NCBI GenBank assembly: GCA_002269645.1
Contig: NIVC01001198.1
Span: 1-49,239, forward strand
Origin: Macrostomum lignano
Taxonomy: Eukaryota
Reading direction: 5' to 3'
DNA length: 49,239 bases
This document shows, piece after piece, positions 37,737-49,239 of this stretch (within the stretch, counting starts at the first letter, position 1; every line of letters starts with the position of its first letter). Below the pieces are notes generated by a model. It searched no databases. It was not told where the DNA came from and worked only from the letters and a program-made list of their open reading frames with translations. The position numbers and the translations under genes were made by a program.

Positions 37737-37978
37737 GGACCTTTGGAAACGTAGGGACCTTCGGAAACGTAGGGACCTTTGGAAACGTAGGGACCTTTGG
37801 AAACGTAGGGACCTTCGGAAACGTAGGGACCTTCGGAAACGTAGGGACCTTCGGAAACGTAGGGACCTTCGGAAACTTAGGGACCTTCGGAAACGTAGGG
37901 ACCTTCGGAAACGTAGGGACCTTCGGAAACGTAGGGACCTTCGGAAACGTAGGGACCTTCGGAAACGTAGGGACCTTC
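37737..37978. repeat. 18-bp minisatellite GGGACCTTCGGAAACGTA
   Basis: About 13 units in the last intron. Confidence 0.92.
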
Positions 37979-38079
37979 GCGATGTTCAAGACCTCTAGAA
38001 ACCATCAGGACCTACTGGATCTTCGGGAGCTTTGCTATTCGCTATTGGAACCTTATTTCAATAGAATTCATTCCCTCAG

Positions 38080-38381
38080 CATTCTGGGCACTATTGAGGA
38101 TCCCGAAGCATTCGAGCTGCAGATTAGCTGCAAAGATTATTGCTTCGCTCGAGATGACCACCTGATCGGCGTCACAGTGCTACAGATCAAGGATATCATC
38201 GAGCAAGGCAGCTGCGCCTGCTGGTGCCCTGGGCCGAAAGCTGCAGCTCGATGAGACCGGCTGGACAATCCTTCGAATTCTGTCGCAACGGCCTAACGAC
38301 GAGATTGCGGCCGAATTTGTTCGGCTGAAATCGGAGCAACGGCAGGACAATCCGCACGGCCTTTGGCTGGGCAAAAGTTAG
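38080..38381 (+). CDS. unc-13: unc-13 terminal C2C exon, with a frameshift at about 38228
   Basis: [14 protein letters not shown]...GSCACWC, then in a shifted frame [36 protein letters not shown]...stop TAG at 38379-81. Confidence 0.92.
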
Positions 38382-40269
38382 CTGAAATAATTCCTCACAT
38401 TACACAGGGGTCCTGTCTAAATGCACAACTAAAGCACTCGAAAGCATATTTGTTCATGGGTGCTGGCTTTTTCGTCATCTATTATTTTATTTCCTGGATA
38501 TTTAGTAGAGGATGATTAAAACACAAAATGATGACGAATTAGCCATACATGAACATGCAATTAAGGTGCTTTTGTATCAGTCGAATCTTTGATTCATTTT
38601 TTATCCCCTAATTCGAATCTAGATTGAAACTTGCAAACAGAATTGTGCAAAACATGTTTAATACCTAATAGATTGAATCAATTTGTTGAACACTATATTT
38701 TTATTCATTTTTATATACTACTGTTTTAAGCATGCATCGAGATCGTGTTGTTATTCCTTTGCAAAACCATCTAATAAACACAATGCGCATATACTGTGGG
38801 TTCTACCAGTTCGTAATCCACTCGATTGCAGGTGGCTCTTTGAGTTGCTTTGTGTGTTCTGTAGCGTCAGGACAGAGTAGAGTATAGTTTGTCATATTGG
38901 TTACCATAAAGTTCTGATGATCTACTTGAGAAAATTGCAACGAACCCGTTTTTGTGCATGTGCTATACAGCTACTGCTAAAGGTTAATTGCTTTTTCAGA
39001 CGAAAGTAAATATATTTTCGTAAATTGTCACGAGGTGCCAAATAAGCAAGTCAGCAATACATAACAACAATAGCTCGCAAAAATATTTTCAATATAATTG
39101 TAGTTAATTTGATGAAAGCATGTATGCGTAATTAAAATCCGTCAATACTCGCATAATTATGATTTTTGCTTTTAAACTAGCGCAATTTGTCTATTTAACT
39201 TCTTTTGTAATGATTGCTTCGAAAAGGCAGATTTTTTATTCCTACTTGCAGCATCCACTTGTGTTTTTTTACAGACTACTATGTGTAGTAATATATTCAA
39301 TACAAAGCTGCTTATTCTCGCCTTTTGTTTTAACCAAACTCTTAAGCTAATAATCGGTTGCCCATTTACATGTAGCTTTTTGGTGTTATACTGAGCTACT
39401 TCGGCTCTTTTGGCTATGCACTATGCACTGTATATGGATGCATGTACGTATACTCGTAAACTACGTGTTCATTTCTAAAAATAGATCGCTGCACAAACTT
39501 CAGTAAGATCAAATTGCTTTATTATAACTGCCATACAAATAATCCATCAAAAATAAAATTGATTAAGAAATTTATTTATAAGCAATTAAATTGAAAATTA
39601 ATTTTACCATGTTTCAACGATTGCGTCAGCTTTTTGTCGATTTCTATTTCATGGTTGACTTCAACTTCGTCTCTCTCTCTCAGGGGCGTCTCCACTGGTG
39701 GGACAGGTACATGTCCCCCAGTAAAAGCTATAGGGGGGGGGGGAATGCCAATGCATTGTCCCCCCCCACCCCACCAAGGACCACCTAGCAGTATATCCTG
39801 CTAGTGGTCCTTGCACCCACCTTTGTGACCCGTTGTAAAATCGATAGTTTTGCTTCAGGGCGCCAAAATGTAGCGCATTTGGCTCCAAAATGAGTGCTAA
39901 CATGCAACACCGATTCTCAAAATAGTGTACATGTAAGAATTTAGTCAATGTAAATGTAGAATTCCTGGCTTGCCTCTTCTACAACCATAAAATCTATGGC
40001 GACGCGCGTTGATTTTTTAGTCTAAATACGAGACGATGTAACTCGAATGCTGAAATGGAGTGCATTTTCTTTAACGTTTACGACGTAGATGGCACTATAC
40101 AAAAAAATCAAATGCATACTACAGCAAGGAAAATATTTTTAAAATTAAACTAAAAGCATTTTTGCAACATAACATCTGAGTAGACCTTACACCAAATATC
40201 TTTTCAATTGAAAATTTGTGAGCTTCATAGCACACCCCGAATGCTCAAATGGAGAGATTTCTTCGTGCT

Positions 40270-40510
40270 TTTTTATCTGTTGTGGAGACGCATCGTTCGC
40301 CACAGCGGCAAAAAACACCTGGGCTTGTTTGGCAACTCTGGCGACCTCAGCCTCTTTTTCTCGTCTGTTGAAAGCACAGAAAGAGGTGGATTCGAGCGTT
40401 GTCAGCATATTGAAGACCGAGATGCTGACTGTGTCTGCTGACGTATCAGCGCGGACCTGACATGCCACGGCGTAGACGCGCGCTGCCAGCAGTGGTTCAT
40501 CACACCAGCA
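40270..40510 (+). mobile_element. degenerate LINE reverse-transcriptase fragment, copy 1
   Basis: Nucleotide similarity to 41290-41570 (GTTGTCA..TGAAGACCGAG.TGCTGACTG..CGGACCTGACATG). Confidence 0.5.
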
Positions 40511-41289
40511 GTCTGGTGCTCCATGTGGAGAGAGGAAAACCTTTCATATGAGGGGCCAGGCCCGAACCCATTGATCAATCCAAACTAGATGTACATGTAT
40601 AGCTGTTCTACGTGTTCTCTATACACTACATAGCTATCTGAACCATATGTCATCACAGCCTTAAAAGGATCCCCTGATAAAAATCCGTCAGTATGATCCC
40701 GAAGTTCCCGATTTGTGCCCAAGCAGATTCCTATTGGCTATTCGGCTGAATGCTGCTCCCCGCTAGCTCCAACCCTTGATACTCATCCCAGGCGGGGCTC
40801 CGGCCTCGCCAGGTCTGGTCATACCGTAGATCCAGGTTCGCCAGGTCACAGAGTGGTGGCAGCCAGTGGGTCATGCAATAACCCGATGATCAATATTTGC
40901 ACCTTAGCTATCGATGGGGCACATTTGGGGATCCTTTACCCCGTCTCTAATATAGCACTACCAAAAAGTTATCAATAATGCATGGGCGGGACAACCTGAA
41001 AGCGATCTGTCGGTCATAGTCTGGTCATAGACGGCTGGCAGCTATCCCTATTTTTTTGCATATTGTGTGCACTATCATATGAGGGGCTGCTGACGTCATC
41101 GTACGATCTGATCCTTCCCCCATGAGAAGACGGTTCACTAGTAGGGCGATTACATACATGTAAATCATCATCAGTTCGACACTTCATCAGGAGTTCTGCA
41201 GGGCGACACTTTGGCGCCGTTTCTCTTCGTGCTGCTGCCACTGGGTGCTTCGGACCGCAGTCTCCTCGACTAACGACGGCTTCCTGCAC

Positions 41290-41570
41290 TGCGCAGACGC
41301 ATCGGTCGACGCCACGGCGAAAAGTGCCTTATTATTATTTGCTTGGCTCGTCCGTTTAAGGCGCCCAGCGCCAGATCGACAGGTTGGTCAAGGTGGCATT
41401 GAGCGTCGGACTGGTTGTCAACACGCTGAAGACCGAGGTGCTGACTGAGCCGGCCGACTTCCCAGCGGACCTGACATGTCGCCTCGCAGACGGGCGGATG
41501 ACCACGCTCGCGCGAACGCTACCAGCGGTTCACCTACTCGGCGGTCTGGTGCCTCACGTGGACGAAGTGT
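41290..41570 (+). mobile_element. degenerate LINE (RTE/L2-like) reverse-transcriptase fragment, copy 2
   Basis: VGLVVNTLKTEVL resembles the RT GLxINxxKTxVM motif, followed by a frameshifted FTYLG-like motif. Confidence 0.6.
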
Positions 41571-43239
41571 GCAATTTTTTAAGAATGCTATACAGGCCTA
41601 TAGTTTTCACAAGGACTTCTAGACTAACAGGACGCAAAACTCAAAGATCGTGCAATTTTTTAGAGGCCACGATTTCCTGGAAAAAATACACTGCGGAGAT
41701 AGGAAAAATCAGTTTTTTGTCACAAAAGCAGGGATTGTATTTGATCTGGGGCAGTGAAGACTACCATTATTTTAATTTAACATGCACAACATGTTACTCT
41801 ATTATATTTTCATATAGCTGTGTATTGAAGTTTTCATTTTCATGTTGTTTTTACTTCATTTCATAAGCCCAAAGTCTAGAAGTCCTTGAGTTTTCAAGAG
41901 TGTTTTTTGCATTAAAAAAAAGTTATTATATTGTTAGCTTTTATTAATTCAAGCTTGGTTGTTGTTTGAATTTTTAAAGGCAATTTTAGCTTGAAAGAAA
42001 TATTAGGGAACTAAAAATAAAAACATTAAAACAGGTTGCTACATTAGCATTTCAGCCTATTCAGCTCGGACTTTAGGCCTCATTTAGGAGCTGTCTCGCT
42101 ACGAAGCTACCACAATGCTGCAGTAGACCTGACGCAGTCAGCTTGCCCCTTGCATATGACTACCAAGCTTCCTGCAATGCAGCTGCACGGCGCTGGCTGA
42201 GGATGGTCTATCGTTATGTTGGCAGCGGTGTAATAAAATCTAATAGATGTAAAGATATAATATTAAAAAATGTAAAAATATCACAAATGTTAAAACATTC
42301 AGAAATCATAGACATAGTTAAAACTTAATTTAATTCAAGTTAAAATTACACAGCATCATCTCTTCAAATTATTGCACCCGAGTGCCATCGATAAAAACCC
42401 GGACTAAAGGTACAAAAACGAGTGCATAAGATCGGGTAAATGCCATGTCATATATGCCACGGTGACATGTCTTCTACTCAATTAAAAGCGGGCTTATGTA
42501 TAAATCCAATGAACTACTTTCCGCGCATAATTAAAATCGTTATTTTGCTGTTTTTAATATAGATCGATGGATTAGTTCAAACAGTGGAAAGAAGTTTCAA
42601 TGTTACTGCAATATTACTAGTTGCATTGCAAAGTGTAGAATATTTAAATCAGAATGAGAACTGTTTATTGTTATCAGGGAACTGTCTATTTATAATACCT
42701 TTAAACATTTAATAAAAGAAGGCCTAACCATCTATACAGCTAATACAGGCCTATTATGTAGGGTATACTGTATATAGATCTTTTTAATTTATAAAGACCT
42801 ATCTTTGTTCATTTATTTTTAATCAATGCTAAGCCTCTACTATAATTATATGTTATTGAAATAGATCATTAGGCCTATAAAATAGTTGGGCCCTATACTA
42901 GCTAGGCTTATACTTATAGCTTGCAAATTTATATCAAATTTATATCCAACATTTTTCTAATCCTAATCTTTTTACAAATCTAGCTTTTCCTTAGCCTTAG
43001 TATTTTTAGAATAGATACAATTTTTTGGCCTTAATATTTTTTTTCAATTTAGTTTCTTTTCTAGCTATAATCCTTATTTGAATTTTTTAGTTTAAATTAA
43101 TCTTTAAAAGCTACTTTATCCTTAAGCCTAGCCTTAATTTGTCTAACAATGTAGCTTTCCCTTATCTTAATCATAATCCTTTAAAGAATCTAATAGCTCT
43201 ATAACCCTAATCCTTTAAGTAATCTATCCTCTCTCTTAT

Positions 43240-44672
43240 CTTAATCATCTAAGAAATTTAGCCACTTTCTTATCTCAATCCTCTAGGAATTTAGCTGCTT
43301 TCTTATCTAAATCTTCTAGGGGATCTAGCCACTCCCAATTCCCAATTCTCTAAATAATCTAGCTGCTTTCTTATCCAAATCCTTTAGGGAATCTAGCCAC
43401 TTCTTTTTCCCAATCCTCTGGAAAATCCAGCCACTCCACTTTCCCAATCCTCTAGGAAATTTAGCTGCTTTCTTATCCAAATCCTCTAGAGAATCTAGCC
43501 ACTCCCCTTTCCTAATCCTCTAGGGAATATAGTCCCTCCTCTTTACAAACCCTCTGCGGAATCTAGCCAATCCCCTTTCCTAATCCTTTGGAGAATCCAG
43601 CCACCCCCTTTCCTAATCCTCTAGGGAATCTAGCCACTCCCCTTTACAAATCCTCTAGGGAATCCAGCCACTCCCCATTCCCAATCCTCTATGGAATCTA
43701 GCCACTCCCCTTTCCCAATCCTCTGGGGAATCTAGCCATTCCCCTTTCCTAATCCTAGTGATAGATTGAAATTATTTTTCAAATCGAAATCAAAATCACA
43801 ATTTTCGGTTCCTTAGAATCAAAATTGAAATCAAAATCAAAATTGAAATTTTTTAGCTTAACAAATTTTTACTTTTTCGCTAATCATGCAAAAAGGTTAA
43901 CACCTTGCCTCTGCATGTATGAGCTTACATGTTTTATAAAAAGTAGCTTTGATATGTTTAAACTAGAATACTTAAGATTTAACTTACTTTAGAAATACAA
44001 AATAGAAAATGCTGGTGTATTATGTATTATACACTCATACATCGAAATATAGTAGAAGTTGTATTATACTTCACTGCTGTTTAAGCTGAAGATCTAGATA
44101 CAAGTAGCCTTTATCCATTTCATTAAGGCTTTAAGTCTTTAGCCAATTTAAATCCATGCCGATAAGTTCAGCCAGTGGGCTTGTGGAGGTTGAGGTGGGT
44201 GCAGCACAAGGCCTGGAACAGTGTGTGCCCCGCACAATCTTTCTTGTAGAAAAGGCAATTCTCATCTCCCCACTGAGTCTTTGAACCACACTTCTTTTCA
44301 CTTCCTATAGATTTTCTTTCTTGTGTAGCATGATCATTAATGTCTAAATTGTTAAAATATAGCCAAAATTTGGAAATGATTTTCAATAAATGGTGTCAAA
44401 ATTCGAAATCAAAATCAAAATTATTTTGATGCAAAATTAGTTTCGAAATTTGGAATATCGAAATCGAAATCAAATTTCGATCTATCACTACCTAATCCTC
44501 TGGGGAATCCAGTCAGTCCCCCTTCCTAATCTTCTGCGGAATTTAGCTGCTTCTTTTTCCCAATCCTCTGAGGAATCCAGTCATTCCCTTTTACAAATCC
44601 TCTAGGGAATCCAGCCACTCCCCTTTCCTAATCCTCTGGGGAATCTAGCCACTCTCCTTTCCCAATCCTTTA
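43240..44672. repeat. 34-bp minisatellite (AATCCTCTAGGGAATCTAGCCACTCCCCTTTCCT) split by a hAT insertion
   Basis: Units at 43240-43755 and 44491-44672, with divergence increasing leftwards. Confidence 0.88.
43756..44490 (-). mobile_element. non-autonomous hAT DNA transposon (735 bp)
   Basis: TIRs TAGTGATAGAT[T/C]GAAATT; 8-bp TSD CCTAATCC at 43748-55 and 44491-98; subterminal AAATC repeats; degenerate BED-finger-like SKFWLYF...HL..H on the minus strand. Confidence 0.88.
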
Positions 44673-45438
44673 GGAAGGTTTTTGGTTTTGACCACTGTGC
44701 CAGTCTAGTGGAAAGTAATTCAAATGTCTGCAATGGTAGAGAACAAATACTATTACATTACATTAGTCATTACATCTATTAAGCTTTAAGGCCTATTATC
44801 TCAAATATGTAATTGTATGTAATTGCATCAAAACAATTGCATGAAAAGAAACATTAGCTTACTTGAAGAACTCCAAGATTGTCATTTAAAATTCCTGCGA
44901 CTTCAGGAGAAGCACACATGCGAATATTGGAGCCGCTGCGACACTTCATGATAATAATGATATGATAGTCAGCAAACATTAGATGTGCCTGCAAGAATTT
45001 ATTCATTTACGCACAGGCGGTACTACCACACAGTCTGTTAGTCTGGACAAGTACAAAATTTAAAATTTAACTTTGGTGCATAGTATGCAATTCAATATAG
45101 TTACCAAATCCTCCAATGTATGCACCAAGGGAGTTTGCTGAACTTTTTCTTGTGCAGCACGTTTGTACACAGATTTTTCTTCAGCAGTTAGACTTTTAAA
45201 TTTGTCACTTAAAAAAGCCATGCGTTTCTTGGAAAAGTTATCTGAAATAATTGTAGATCATTACTCCATTTAAAACAAAAAAAGTAGAACTTACAAAAAA
45301 GAAACAACACTGAAGTTCAAAGCAAAAAAGCCAAACAAAATCTTACTTGTTCCCATAGTCTTCAAAAAACATGGACCAGGCACTGGTCTTTCTTGGGCAT
45401 GAATGCCAACTTCGACACTTTTTCATGCTTAAAAATAG
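44602..45438 (-). CDS. small multi-exon HMG-box-like gene (or decayed copy)
   Basis: Four GT-AG-bounded exons (45438-45347, 45241-45105, 44988-44863, 44727-44602) encode PRKTSAWSMFFEDY and MAFLSDKFKSLTAEEKSVYKRAAQEK, resembling HMG-box helices 1 and 2-3. There is one phase mismatch between exons 1 and 2. Confidence 0.5.
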
Positions 45439-45540
45439 CTGAAAATTGAATTGAAGACAAATAAACCAAACAATTATTATAAGACATGATTTCCTTAAAT
45501 GAAAAAAAGGAAAATGGAAATATAAAAGGATGGAGATAAG

Positions 45541-48500
45541 TGTTGTAGGGGTCTGTCTCTCAGTTTAAGAATCTCACCGCTGTTACCAAAACTGTTGTAG
45601 GGGGGTATTTATGGAACTCTTGGGATTTCTGAAAGATAGTATAATTTTATTACTAATAGGAGTAAGCCAAGGGTTGCTCCTGGTGGCGTGAGTGTCCGAG
45701 CGGCAAGACACTGTCTAAAGGTTAAACTGTCCGAGGGGGGGGCTACGCGGCGGATCAGAGTTGCCTGGGGAATTATCGCACGATGGGAATTTCTAATAGC
45801 TAATAAGGAATGATTTCATGGGGAAGAGTTCACTTAATGGAATCGTTAAGGGGGGGGGCTAAGATTTCTAATAGTTAAACTTCAAAGTAGGGGAACGAAA
45901 TACCAAGTCAGTTGGGAGTTAGAGTTGGGCCAGATAACTGGGCGACAGTAGGTCTGGGTAGGGAGTTGGCTGAACTCCAGGTCGAATTCTGGGGTCTGGG
46001 GGTTAGGGAAGGAAAGAGAGGTGAAGCTCTTGGTCACTAGGGGATAGGGGATGAGGTAATCACTGAGCGTGTCTGCAGGGTTGGAGGGGGGGAAAAGCTG
46101 TATGCTTATAGCTGGACAGATCCTTCGTGAGGAGAGGGGAGAGGCTGTACGCTTCGGCTAAACAGGCCTTGGGAAAGGGCTGAACACCTAAATAAAGAAC
46201 AGTGAGTCAGGCAGTGCCCAATTACAACCTTTGTATTAGCCAACCTCTTAAAGGAGAGTGGGCCACTCGAGGAGGAAGAAGAAGTCTCTCCTGATGTTAC
46301 AATCGCTCGCTTATATAGTATATTTTAACAAAATGTCAGACAATTTTAAACAAACATTTTACTAAATAACATTTTTTTACTAATATTCAAGTGCGCATTT
46401 ATATTTTTAAGAAAAAGAAAACATTATACAAGCTCACATATTTTATGATATTGAAGGCAGAAATTTAGTCGTGAAGGCAACGAAGAATAAGGTATTAAGA
46501 TGCATTGCTATAATAAACTGCCTGCCTCAACTGGCCTTCCTACAATAAATTTTTAAAACAAGATACGCGAGTGCGAAAATTTATTAAACAGGTAAATGTA
46601 TTATTGCAAACAGATAAATGTACTATTGCAGAAAAATAATTGTTCAGTTCACACAGTTCACTCAAATGAAGCGAAATTCTTCAGGTAGCCGGTCCGGGTA
46701 TGGCCATCGGCACTTATAACCAAGCCACTAAACTTCTTTGACGACGTTCTCAATGTTGTACTCACGATGTTCTCGATTTAAATCGCTCAACGCGTACACA
46801 GTGGTGCGTCGCCAGGCAGCAAAGGGCCTGATTCAGCGGCATTTGGCGCAACATGCGCAGAGCGGGCCGAATGTCCTCGCGCTGAGGGAAATCGCGCCCG
46901 TCAGGTCGAAAGCGAGCCACCCGAATTAGATACAATTTCAGCGTGGTGACGTGATGACGGAATTTGGCTCGTTGGTAGTCGGGCAAGTTGGCCACTACAT
47001 TGTTGTAATACTCGCCGAGGTTTTAAGGCGGCTGAGGCTGGGCTCGCTGAGCTGGTTCGGCCATCAGAGGCGGAATCTCAGCCTTAGACAATTCGCTCTT
47101 GACAATCGGGTCGGTCAAAGATCTGTACCGTGGCTGATGCTGCGACTGCATACTGTAATCTTCAGGCGGCTTTAGCGATCGGCGATCGGCTAGTGGGTGA
47201 CGGTGGGCCAGTTTGTGGGCCAAGACGACCGGACTTCACTATGTGCGGCGCCTCCTTCAGGGAAATCACTTTTGATCGATTGCTACCGGGGGGCTGACGT
47301 TGCACGGCCTTAGGGTCGAGGGGAACTGGGGCGTCAGCTTGCTTTTGCAAAAGCTGGGCACGCTTCTTGGGCGTAGCTGCAGGGGGCGGTTTAGTGACGA
47401 CTGAAGCTACTTTTGACTTGTGGCACGGTAAGTTGGGCCTAGTGGCTTGCCTAATTGGCGCTGGCAGTTCATTCTCATCGTTGAACTCACTATCGTCGCT
47501 ATCACTTAGGGATAATTCGTCTTGTAGACGTTTGAGTTCTTCGGGATTCATGACGGATTGCAAGGTATAATTCGGATTGATAGCGGGAAGATAAAAGTCG
47601 AGTTGACAGTTAGTGTTGTGCAACCAAAAGCTTTTGTATTTACTATCCTCTTAAGTCTGTTATTTGATACTTCTTTGTTTTCATGACCCACCTCAATTTC
47701 TGTGTTCTTTGTGCTCTCATTCTTCTCTGGATCGATAATTTGAGGGGTTCTTTGTGCATAGCTAGGGTCTGGGCGAGGGCTTCTTGTGTTCAAAATTTGG
47801 GGTTTGCCAGGCGAAGGGGGACGGCGAGAGAGGGGTAGAAAAGCGTAGACGGGCTTAATATTCTAGATTGCGCAAGAATCTTACTGCTAATAGTAGGCGG
47901 TCTAGATGACAGTTGCAACGGTGTTTATTTTGGGAGGGGTGTCTTAAATTGTAGGGATGACGGTGTGGGGGTTCGGGATCTCGCGGGGCAGAAGAGGGGG
48001 GTTGGAGCTGGGGGGCAGGAAAGGGGGGTTGGAGCTGAGGGGCAGAAGAGGGGGGTTGTGGCTGAGAAAGCTCTTCGTTCGGGGCCTCAATCTCTGAGTC
48101 ATTGGTCATTTCATTCTCTTCCTCTGTCTGGGCTTCACTCCATTCTTCTGGCTGGATTTCATTGTCTTCGTCTCCTAACTCTTTGTTCTCTGCTTCTCTA
48201 ATTTGGCATCTCCAATTAATTTCTTCCTCATCAGATTCTTCTTCAGATTCAACTGGTTCGGGCAGGATTAATTTTTGGGAATTTTGGCGGGGTTGGCCTT
48301 CCTTAATTACAGGTTGTCTCTTAGGTTTAGTAGAGGTGGGAATTGGAGCGGGAGTGGGAACGGGAGCGGGATTAGAGGCGGAATCAAGGGCATCTCGCTG
48401 GCCTTCCTTAGTGATTCGCTCTGCAGTAGAATTTGGGACTGGGGTTAGATTGTCTTGATGCACGAGCATTTCTTTTCCTACTAATTCTCCTTCTTCTTCT

Positions 48501-49239
48501 TTCTGGACTTTGAAAACCACTTCTGATAGTTGGGCTAAAACTCTAAAGGCGGATCTCTTCTTTCGGTGGAACTTGTGGGATTCTTCGCTATCTAGCTGGG
48601 GGTTATTAATCAGTGCAAGGCAACCTATAGGGATTCTAGGGGGTAGCTTGTTAGTTTCAGCAGCGACTTGTCTTTTCTCTACTACTTTTTCCAACTTCTT
48701 CTTGACTATCTTATGAGCTTCCTCTAATCTTTCGGCATGCTTAGTGATGTAGGCGGGATAATCAGCGTGTTCTGCTATACTTCTGATCTGAGTGTCTTGA
48801 GGTAAGGTGGCTTCTCTGCCAAATAATAGGAAGTGAGGGGAAAAACCTGTGGTTGAATTGGGGCTGGTGCGGACTGCTACTAAGGCTGCGGGAATTAATA
48901 AATCCCAATCACCGTGATCCTTATTGATCAAGCAGGTGATGATTGACTTGACTTGCTTATTGAAACGTTCAACTAGTCCATTAGATTGGGCATGGTAGGG
49001 GTAGTGAAGGTGTGGCAAATATTATAAAGTTCGCAAAAAGCTTTAAATTGTTTGCTGGCGAAAGTTTTTCCATTGTCTGTGTGGATCCAGGTGGGCTGTC
49101 CATATTCTGCTACTATTCGTTCAAGTAGTATCTTGATGACTGTGTCCGATTTTTGGTTTCTAATGGGAAAAGCGAAGGGGTATCTAGTTGTGCTATCAAC
49201 ACTGTTAAAACATATTTATGACCTCGTTTGCTTTCTTTT
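45541..49239 (-). mobile_element. Ty3/Gypsy LTR retrotransposon, 3' part (integrase, extra ORF, probable 3' LTR at about 45541-46300)
   Basis: Integrase motifs in the minus-strand ORFs. TGTTGTAGGGG at 45541 reads as an LTR end (...CTACAACA), and the region shares the strand composition bias of the internal part. The inner LTR boundary and PPT were not resolved. Confidence 0.8.
47855..49239 (-). pseudogene. Gypsy pol integrase with C-terminal extension, about 3 frameshifts, runs off the window
   Basis: SKRGHKYVLT.VDSTTRYPFAFP...IHTDNG...F...YHAQSNGLVERFN...WDLLIPAAL.AVR...TTGFSPHFLLFGRE are rve integrase motifs. Confidence 0.92.

Noticed and set aside
38773-39557. AATAAA poly(A) signals for unc-13 (38773, 39552)
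   Set aside because: They are plausible, but cannot be distinguished from chance in AT-rich sequence without 3'-end data.
39692-39790. CAGGGGCGT hAT-like terminus followed by G/C hairpin-forming runs
   Set aside because: No matching second TIR or TSD was found.
45370-45430. PKKDQC motif suggesting a transposase Cys motif
   Set aside because: It lies in a different frame from the better-supported HMG-like reading and hits a stop within a few codons.

Overview
Animal (invertebrate) genomic DNA. The GC-rich poly-Ala/Gln coding style and minisatellite-filled introns resemble a Macrostomum-type flatworm assembly, but this is unverified. The window is dominated by one + strand unc-13/Munc13 gene (about 2986-38381, about 2,200 aa predicted): a giant disordered N-terminal exon, then C1, C2B, MUN and C2C domains over 18 exon positions with GT-AG junctions and consistent phases. 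Most notable are (i) two diverged 128-nt copies of the exon encoding the C2B Ca2+/phospholipid-binding loop, which must be spliced mutually exclusively, and (ii) a 75-91-codon in-frame extension upstream of the first MUN exon, suggesting a C1/C2B-less isoform or a regulated insert. There is also a candidate recursive splice site in the first long intron. Two short indels break the unc-13 frame (probably assembly errors). Introns and flanks carry about 18 tandem-repeat arrays, a tRNA-derived SINE, a truncated mariner, a solo LTR, a non-autonomous hAT element, LINE fragments and many putative Tc1/mariner excision footprints. At the right end are a small multi-exon HMG-box-like gene (- strand) and a Gypsy retrotransposon (- strand) with an extra ORF after pol. 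No rRNA, true tRNA or CRISPR array was found. Coordinates were counted by hand, and repeat boundaries are approximate.
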